From a virus: DNA of 64,000 nt. Shown here piece by piece: positions 56,678 through 64,000 of the stretch (the first letter of the stretch is position 1; each line of letters opens with the position of its first letter). The notes under the pieces are model-generated. The model saw only the letters and a program-made list of their open reading frames with translations. It had not been told where the DNA came from and made no database searches. The position numbers and the translations under genes were made by a program. Location of the stretch: positions 35,251 through 99,250 of IMG/VR virus record IMGVR_UViG_3300025108_000001; one strand, given 5' to 3'.

Positions 56678-59600
56678 TCATGTATTATTCTGCATTGTAA
56701 TTGCGTAAAAGGTTGCAGTTAAGGTTGCAGTTGTACCTTGTTTATTTTGATACCTTATTCTAATAGTATCGTCACTTGAATCATAATCTGCCGCCAGTGT
56801 TCCTATTCTTGCAGAGCCATCAAACAATATAGCCCATTCAGTAAAGTTAACTGCCCTTACAGTAGTTCCCAATACTGTTTTTTCTGTTGCTTGAACTAAC
56901 GCCTTGAAAGATTCTACCTCTTCGTTAGTTTCATCTTCTATCTGAATTGTTAGTTCTATTGTCTGTAATCCACTTGCTCCTGTAAATGAATCTAAATCCA
57001 TATTCATTAATTCAATATATCCATCGTTTGCTGTTGAAACGCTACTAACTTCACCTGCAACTATACCTGCTTCATTGTTAGCACCGAAGTATATTCCTGA
57101 TGTTGTTCCACTTGTTCCTGAACCTATTGTTACATCGGTAATAGTTTCAAATGCGGATTCTATTGCGACACCATTGTTTGTTAATCCATTAGGGAAATCT
57201 ACTACACCTGTTGAAGCACCTGTAATCCAAGTAGGCGAACCATCACCTGATGCGATAACTAATTGGTCATTACCTGTTGCAGACGGCACATCAGCACCAC
57301 CAATAACTACGTTGTTAGAACCTGTTGTAATATTATTTCCGGCATCATAACCAATTGTAATGTTTTTATCAGCAGTTGTTATTAAATCCCCCGCACCGAA
57401 TCCTATACCTATGTTGTTGTTGCCTGATGTTACATCATTTAAGGCACTATTACCAAGAGCAATATTCAAAGAACCTGTTGTAGTATTATACAACGTTGAA
57501 GGCCCAATTGCTACGTTATTACCTGAAGATGTCATTTGATGACCATACAAGGCCATTCTACCTATTGCTACATTATTATTAGAAGATGTAGTTACGTTAG
57601 TATTTCCCTGACCTGCATACTGACCAATAAATGTATTACTTTCCCCCCGAGTCCATTGACCTGCACCACCACCTATAATTGTTGAATAAGACCCTATCGC
57701 TGTTCTATTACCGGCATCTGCGCCAATAGCAGTAACCCATGTTTGTTCACCATTAACTGTTCCTCTATTCCCAGCACTACTACCAATAAATACATTCTTT
57801 TGAGAATTAAGGCCGGTATTTTGCCAGTATTTACCTGCACTGTTTCCAACCATTACATTGTTAAAGCCCTCAGCATATTGACCTGCACTTTGTCCTATTG
57901 CTACTGTGCTACTTGAGTCTGCTGATTCAGACAGCGCATTAGAACCAATTACTACTGTTTCGTGTTTATTTCCTGTTAATGACGAACCTGCATTATATCC
58001 AATCAACACAAGTTCCCTATTAGTTGTCAAAGCATCTCCGGCATAGTTACCAATAACTACGTTTTTCGTACCGCTTGTTAATGTTTTAAGTGCATCCTTA
58101 CCTATCCCTAAATTGTCATTGGCACTACTTAGTGTGCCATGTGGAGGTGCAGCATTATCAGGAGAAATTAGAATACTATCTGTAAAGTTAGTAATGTTAC
58201 TAATTACATCTGTTAAACCATTAAGAGCAGAAGCACCGCCACCTGCGGCATCTTCCCAAGCAACACCGCTTCCTGTTGAAGTTAGGATTTGGCCGTCAGA
58301 ACCTTGTCCTCCATTTACTTTGAAGTTTTCAGCATCAACTAATCCAAAGAAAGAATCCTTGAACTTGAGAGATGAAGTACCTAAATCAACATCGTTATCA
58401 GTTGCCGGATATAACTTACCATCTTGAAGATAGACTTGGTAATCCCCACCTGCTTGTAAGCCTAGTCTATCTAATGAATACATATAATTTATTGCACCTC
58501 TAATACTATCACTAGAATTATAGAAGAAAATAGCACCATTATTAACAGCGTTATTTGTAGCGTCTTTCTTAAAATTAATTCTTGAATATTGATTATTTAT
58601 ATTTAACCCCGCATTATCCAAATTAACATCACTTGTGAATGTTTTAGCGCCACTAAATGTTTGTGTACCTGCTAATGTAGCATCACCCGCAGTACCCCAA
58701 CTAAAAGAACCATCACCATCTGATAATAATGCGTCACCACTACTACCATTACCACTAACATTTAATTGGTCTGCTCCTATACCATCATCAGCAACCTTCA
58801 AAGTTAATTCGAATGGAGTACCTGTATCTCCTGTGCTTACATCTGTAAAGGTAATATCTAAACCATTACCTTCATTAAACTTAATAAATCTACCATCAGG
58901 AATAAGAACATCTGTATCTGAACTGTCTCTTACAGTAAAGGCCATTTTAGCAGGTAATGCTCCGAATGTTCCATCATGCTTTAAGAAATGTCCTGTTGTA
59001 CCTGCTGATGGCAAAACACCACCATTACCTGTTCCAACTAAAGTTCTAATTTCTGGCGCAGTTAAATCATCAGTAGCATCAGCATCTCCTGTAAAACCTA
59101 AGTCTGCTAATGTTAAGTTTCTTGTGGCTATTGTAGCATTAGCATCTGTAACGTGTCCTAATGTATCAGTAGTTATATTGAGGTCTAAATCTGAAATAAC
59201 AGTTGCACCCGATAATAATGTTGTATCAATATCTATATCATCTCCATCATGTGTAGGATGAGTATAATTATTAGCATTTTCAGCAATATTATCTAATTTT
59301 GATTTTAACGCATCAGTAAAGTCGTTTTCTGTAAGACCACCATCACCTACTGAATATGTAGTGTTTGTATAATTAGAAGAATGAATTGTTCCCGCACTAC
59401 TACTCGTCCAATCTATTACTTTATTAGCAGTTAAAGCACCGACATATCCCCATTGTGTCGCATTAATTGTTGCAGTACCAATGTTTTCTAACTGCTCTCC
59501 TTCTGATGCTGTTAAATTAGAAAGTTCAGTTACTTGTGATATAGCAATTGTTTTATTTGTTAGTATGTCAGTAGTGTCTCTCCCAATTAAAAACGCATTA

Positions 59601-62600
59601 GCATTAGGTAAAGTAATAGTTCTATCAGCAGTAGGGTCAGTAATAGTTAATGTAGTCTCATAATCATCAGAAGTAGCCCCTTCAAAGACAATAGCATTAG
59701 CCGCTTCCATAGTTACTGTGTCTATTTGTGTTGTTGTACCCGCTACATTCAAATTAGGAACTAATAATGTTCCTGTGCTTGGATTGTATCTTAAAGCCCC
59801 TGTATCATCATGTAATGCACCTGTGCTTTCGTTTGCGAAAACAACAGGGAAGTTAGTGTTATCAGTATTATCTGTAACTAAGATTATATTGTCAGAACCA
59901 TCAAAAGATACTCCGCTAATTGTTCTTGCTGTTTCCAGTGCAGTTGCAGTTGGAGCAGTACCAACTGCTAAATTTATTTTACCTGCTCCTACACCGCCAT
60001 CTGCATAGGTTGCACTTATTCCTGTTTCAGTATTAGTAGCAAACATTGCACCTACTATATCTTGAACCTGTTCTGTCGTTATTTGAGCAGAAGATATACT
60101 AGTTAAACCGCCTAATAGATTTAATTCAGTAGCACTAACAGTAACAGCAGTACCCGCAATAGATAATTTACTATCGGGAATATCAAAGGTAGCATTATCT
60201 TTTATTCTTGCTACTTCTGTACCGTCATATTGTTGAAAGATAATTTCCTTTCCATCCACTGCGGGCATTATAATAGCATCAGAAGTTCCTATTGTTCCAC
60301 TAGAAGTAGGGGTTGTTAATCTTAGATATGGGGCTATTCCTCCTTCATATCCCTGCCAAAAATAAGTTCCTTTGTTTGCACCGAGTCCGGCACTACCTAT
60401 CAATACTCTATCGCCACCAATAATTTCCATAGAACCGAATGTTCCAGTACTACCTGTTTCATTAGCAATATATGACCTATGAACATTACTAGTAGTATCT
60501 GATGTTATTCTTAAATAATCGTCTGTATTTATATCATCATAAACAAGTAGCCCGTCTGAACTAGAAGTGCCTGTAACTTTTAGTTTACCAGTAAAGGCAG
60601 GGTCATCAGTAGGTTGTTTAGCAGTATTTGCAGCAATATCACCAATTGATGAAAGTTGAGCATCTGTTATTAGGTTCTTATCAGTTCCACTTGTAAAATT
60701 AGTAGTTGTAAATGTAGGTGTTGCCCCACTAATAACAGATTGGTCTAATGCTTTAACATGAGCAATTGCTGTTAATTCGCTATCCATTAATGCACCTGCT
60801 GATGTAACATTTGCTGTATCTGTAACATCAGCACCCGCTTCTATACCACTTAACACATGAGATTTGAGAACTGATATATCCATTCTCTTTAATGCGCCAC
60901 TACCACTATTTTCACCTGCATCATTAAGAATTAATTCATCCGTATCAGCAAGTCCTGTTGTTAATGCCGTAGCACCTGTAATATCTCCTACACCGAAGTT
61001 AGATGCACCACTAGCAGATGCACCAATAGCAGTTCTAAAGTCCGAAGCACTTAACGCTGAAACACCATTATCGGCATCCATTCTAAGAAATCTTATTGCA
61101 CCTGTATCTGCTAATGTAAATACTTCTGCACCAAAAGTAGAAGCACCCAAAGCAGTTCTAGCCGCAGTAGAATGCGCGGCAGTAATTACTGAAATCATTG
61201 GTGCATATACTTCTCCTATTACACCTTCTGTTGCGGCAAGTCTTCCTAAGAAGATATTACCCGTTTCACCTGCACCAATGTTTTGCATTTTTGTAAAGGT
61301 AACAGCATCATTAGCCAACAAACCACTAGTAACTGAACCTGCTGTTCCTATTGTAGTGTCTAAAGTAGCACTAAAAACACCACTTCCATCTTTACCTAAT
61401 CTTAAAAGACCGTTTGAACCTGTGCTTGGGTCTGCAATATGAAACGCTTTAATTCCTACATTAGTAGCACCTAAGTTTGCTAATGCATTTGTTTGTTGAG
61501 TTGAGTTTAAACTTTGATTATTAACATCTACTCTCAATCTATTCCCTAAAGAAGTAGCCATAGTGGTTGAAAATGAAGCATCATCACCTAAAGCCGCAGC
61601 CAATTCGTTTAGAGTATTTAATGCATCAGGTGATGAATCAACAAGATTTGAAATTTGAGTTCCAACATATGATACTATTGATTGTTGAGTAACAAGATGG
61701 TTTGCTGAATTAGAGGTCATAGCATCTTCATCTTTGACAGGAACAACAAAGTCTAAATTTCCATTAACATCATCATATCCTACTGTAATGAAAGTTTCTG
61801 TTCCGTCAAGCATACCCCCTACAAAATCTTCTATTTCTTCTTGAGTGCGAATAGTTTTAAGAGTATTAGCATCTATTTCCGCGAGTAATGTATCTGCTAA
61901 CTTATCTTCTGTTATTGCATCATCAGCAATTCTGTCTGTTCCGAAAGTTCCGTCAGTAATTTTATCAGCGTTTAGATTGGGAATATCTGTTGCCGCTAAG
62001 TCGGGAGTAAATGCATTACCTGCACTTAATGATAAACCGCTACCTGCTGTATAAGTAGTATTTGTATCAGTAAATACAGCATTAGACGGAACATTCTTTC
62101 CAACAGTAAAAGTAGATACAGTATCAGCATCAATAGTCATTGCATTAATTTCACTAGCAGTTAATTGTGCAATAGGTGCAAGATTAGTTAATACAGAAGT
62201 GCTGTTAAGATAAGTTGTTAATTGAGCAACAGTCATTTCCCTGAGAGCAGAGTTAGATGTATCATGTATTACGAATGAATCACCCGCAGCAAGAGAGTCT
62301 AGATTTGCTGCACCTGTTATATTACTAGCACCTAAAACAACAGAAGTTAGATATGTATTAGTATCTAAACTTGTGCTAAGAGTCCCATTTGTATTTGTTA
62401 ATTTTAATAACCCATTAGTATTATTGTTAGGATTTGTAGTAGCAACTATTTTTTCACCAATTGTAGTTACATCATCTAGTATGTCAAAATGAGCAGATGT
62501 CAATAACCCTGCCGCACTTGTTGTCGCGGCTGAATATGTGGTATCTTGAGTAGGGATTGTAAAATCAGCATCGGGTATAGTTACTGTTCTATTTGCAGTA

Positions 62601-64000
62601 GGTTCTGTAATACGAAGTGTAGTTTTTTCATCACCACTATCAGTATCATAACTGAATACTAAAGCATCTTGAACATCTATTTCTGTCTTATTTAAAGTAG
62701 TTGTTGTTCCCAGAACATTTAGATTACCTTTGATATTAATAGTGGTATCATTACCTGAATCACCAATGTTTAAAGTATCATCACCAGTATAACTTCCTAA
62801 TACTGTTGAAAGGTTTACCTTAGAAACATTTGAATCTGTATTTGTTATTGAACCGGATGCAGCACCAAGATAACCCCATTGTGCTGCTGTAATTGTAGTT
62901 GCTCCTATGTTTTGTATTGCTGTTATTTCTGATGCTGCTAAATCGTTGGTGAGAGCATAGACTGTATCTGTATTAACACTAGAAATATCCAAAGTTTGAT
63001 TAGTTCCACCCGATACAGTTGCCGTTATAGTTGAACCACTAAGAGATAATCCTGATAAAAATTTATTCGTGTCTGTATTAACACCCGAAATATCAACAGT
63101 TAAATCTGCTAAACTTCCTGTTCTACCTATTGTTAATGTACCGCTACTAAAAGAAGCAGCATCAACATAGTCATTACTATCAACAGAAGAACCCGCACCA
63201 ATAGAGGTTCTAAATGCAGTTGCTTGATTAGTAGTTAAATCATCTGCTCTTGCTAAAAGATTCGCTACGCTTACATTGTCAACTGCGGTATTACCTGCAA
63301 GAGCAGTACTAGATGTTGTTCCTAATGCTAAAGAACTTGTACCCGCACCAATATTACTCAATATTGTTGTTTTGTCATCATTATCAATACTAGTAGAAGC
63401 AACCAAAGCAGCAGTTACATTTGTTGCGTTAGCAGTTAGTTTAGCAGTATTAGTAGAAACAGCAGAAGCATCAGTATAACTAACTTTTGCAGTATTAAGA
63501 CCTATCGCAGTAACGTTAGTTGCTATGTTAGTCGCATTAGTCGTTATATTACTAGACATTGTGTTTAGGTTAAGTGCAGAATTAACAGTAAGGTGTCCTA
63601 CTTTCGTAGCGTCTGCTGATGGATATGTATTCTTAGCAGTATTAAGATTTAGAGCAGTAACTAAGTTTTGAGTGCTACCACCATTAGGTATAGTAATATC
63701 CCCTGTAAACGTGGGGTCGTCAAACATAGTAGTTTTACTTTCATTAGTTACATTCCCTAAACCTACATCAGAAGCAGTTGTACCTACATCTGAATGAGTT
63801 ACACCTGCTCTAATAGCAGCAGTAGTTATATCTGAAACATTGGTTAATCCTACCATTGCTTTAGTAATACCACTTACCGTTCCTGTAAATGTAGGACTAG
63901 CGAGATTAGCCTTTAAATCTAAAGCAGTTTGTTGTGCGGTTGAAACTGGTTTAGCAGTATCAGCAGTGTTGTTCACATTTCCTAATCCTACATCACTAGC
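56678..64000 (-). CDS. Very long tail fibre / receptor-binding protein (start lies beyond the window)
   Basis: More than 2430 aa, T/A/G/S-rich; VGLGNV.N repeats, PDALNTLNELAAALGDD, N.AIG beta-roll repeats, duplicated modules. Confidence 0.85.
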   Translation of the reverse strand, partial: ASDVGLGNVNNTADTAKPVSTAQQTALDLKANLASPTFTGTVSGITKAMVGLTNVSDITTAAIRAGVTHSDVGTTASDVGLGNVTNESKTTMFDDPTFTGDITIPNGGSTQNLVTALNLNTAKNTYPSADATKVGHLTVNSALNLNTMSSNITTNATNIATNVTAIGLNTAKVSYTDASAVSTNTAKLTANATNVTAALVASTSIDNDDKTTILSNIGAGTSSLALGTTSSTALAGNTAVDNVSVANLLARADDLTTNQATAFRTSIGAGSSVDSNDYVDAASFSSGTLTIGRTGSLADLTVDISGVNTDTNKFLSGLSLSGSTITATVSGGTNQTLDISSVNTDTVYALTNDLAASEITAIQNIGATTITAAQWGYLGAASGSITNTDSNVSKVNLSTVLGSYTGDDTLNIGDSGNDTTINIKGNLNVLGTTTTLNKTEIDVQDALVFSYDTDSGDEKTTLRITEPTANRTVTIPDADFTIPTQDTTYSAATTSAAGLLTSAHFDILDDVTTIGEKIVATTNPNNNTNGLLKLTNTNGTLSTSLDTNTYLTSVVLGASNITGAANLDSLAAGDSFVIHDTSNSALREMTVAQLTTYLNSTSVLTNLAPIAQLTASEINAMTIDADTVSTFTVGKNVPSNAVFTDTNTTYTAGSGLSLSAGNAFTPDLAATDIPNLNADKITDGTFGTDRIADDAITEDKLADTLLAEIDANTLKTIRTQEEIEDFVGGMLDGTETFITVGYDDVNGNLDFVVPVKDEDAMTSNSANHLVTQQSIVSYVGTQISNLVDSSPDALNTLNELAAALGDDASFSTTMATSLGNRLRVDVNNQSLNSTQQTNALANLGATNVGIKAFHIADPSTGSNGLLRLGKDGSGVFSATLDTTIGTAGSVTSGLLANDAVTFTKMQNIGAGETGNIFLGRLAATEGVIGEVYAPMISVITAAHSTAARTALGASTFGAEVFTLADTGAIRFLRMDADNGVSALSASDFRTAIGASASGASNFGVGDITGATALTTGLADTDELILNDAGENSGSGALKRMDISVLKSHVLSGIEAGADVTDTANVTSAGALMDSELTAIAHVKALDQSVISGATPTFTTTNFTSGTDKNLITDAQLSSIGDIAANTAKQPTDDPAFTGKLKVTGTSSSDGLLVYDDINTDDYLRITSDTTSNVHRSYIANETGSTGTFGSMEIIGGDRVLIGSAGLGANKGTYFWQGYEGGIAPYLRLTTPTSSGTIGTSDAIIMPAVDGKEIIFQQYDGTEVARIKDNATFDIPDSKLSIAGTAVTVSATELNLLGGLTSISSAQITTEQVQDIVGAMFATNTETGISATYADGGVGAGKINLAVGTAPTATALETARTISGVSFDGSDNIILVTDNTDNTNFPVVFANESTGALHDDTGALRYNPSTGTLLVPNLNVAGTTTQIDTVTMEAANAIVFEGATSDDYETTLTITDPTADRTITLPNANAFLIGRDTTDILTNKTIAISQVTELSNLTASEGEQLENIGTATINATQWGYVGALTANKVIDWTSSSAGTIHSSNYTNTTYSVGDGGLTENDFTDALKSKLDNIAENANNYTHPTHDGDDIDIDTTLLSGATVISDLDLNITTDTLGHVTDANATIATRNLTLADLGFTGDADATDDLTAPEIRTLVGTGNGGVLPSAGTTGHFLKHDGTFGALPAKMAFTVRDSSDTDVLIPDGRFIKFNEGNGLDITFTDVSTGDTGTPFELTLKVADDGIGADQLNVSGNGSSGDALLSDGDGSFSWGTAGDATLAGTQTFSGAKTFTSDVNLDNAGLNINNQYSRINFKKDATNNAVNNGAIFFYNSSDSIRGAINYMYSLDRLGLQAGGDYQVYLQDGKLYPATDNDVDLGTSSLKFKDSFFGLVDAENFKVNGGQGSDGQILTSTGSGVAWEDAAGGGASALNGLTDVISNITNFTDSILISPDNAAPPHGTLSSANDNLGIGKDALKTLTSGTKNVVIGNYAGDALTTNRELVLIGYNAGSSLTGNKHETVVIGSNALSESADSSSTVAIGQSAGQYAEGFNNVMVGNSAGKYWQNTGLNSQKNVFIGSSAGNRGTVNGEQTWVTAIGADAGNRTAIGSYSTIIGGGAGQWTRGESNTFIGQYAGQGNTNVTTSSNNNVAIGRMALYGHQMTSSGNNVAIGPSTLYNTTTGSLNIALGNSALNDVTSGNNNIGIGFGAGDLITTADKNITIGYDAGNNITTGSNNVVIGGADVPSATGNDQLVIASGDGSPTWITGASTGVVDFPNGLTNNGVAIESAFETITDVTIGSGTSGTTSGIYFGANNEAGIVAGEVSSVSTANDGYIELMNMDLDSFTGASGLQTIELTIQIEDETNEEVESFKALVQATEKTVLGTTVRAVNFTEWAILFDGSARIGTLAADYDSSDDTIRIRYQNKQGTTATLTATFYAITMQNNT

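Noticed and set aside
57075-63479. Plus-strand ORFs opposite the tail fibre, and similar antisense ORFs elsewhere in the track
   Set aside because: They are shadow frames of the real genes, with biased composition and no motifs.

Overview
This AT-rich window appears to be part of an archaeal tailed-virus genome. Its gene content (split PolB, fused PriS-PriL primase, RFC/PCNA, MCM-like helicase, XPF nuclease, ATP-dependent ligase, TFB) best fits the viruses of marine Poseidoniales/Marine Group II ('magroviruses'); this assignment is inferred, not searched. There are four blocks. (1) 1-20.4 kb, minus strand: a head/packaging block with portal, terminase large subunit, probable small terminase and a LAGLIDADG protein. 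About 21 otherwise unrelated ORFs here carry the short peptide M-S-W-x-x-[IVL]-[LIV]-K at or near the N-terminus. (2) 20.4-24.2 kb: a strand-switch region with six perfect ACCATATGGT palindromes plus one variant, which delimit small cassettes, two acidic micro-ORFs and structured RNA-like segments; a (CT)18 tract and a possible origin follow. (3) 24.2-54.7 kb, plus strand: replication and repair genes, plus a ubiquitin-like protein (GG-NQ end), a Cys-bearing E2 candidate, a ThiF/E1 enzyme and a JAB protease clustered around a viral TFB. (4) 55.2-64 kb, minus strand: tail-fibre genes. The best candidates for undescribed systems are the shared W-x-x-x-L-K tag (possible capsid-loading signal), the viral Ubl conjugation module and the palindrome-bounded cassette array. 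All annotations come from motif recognition by eye; no database searches were run.
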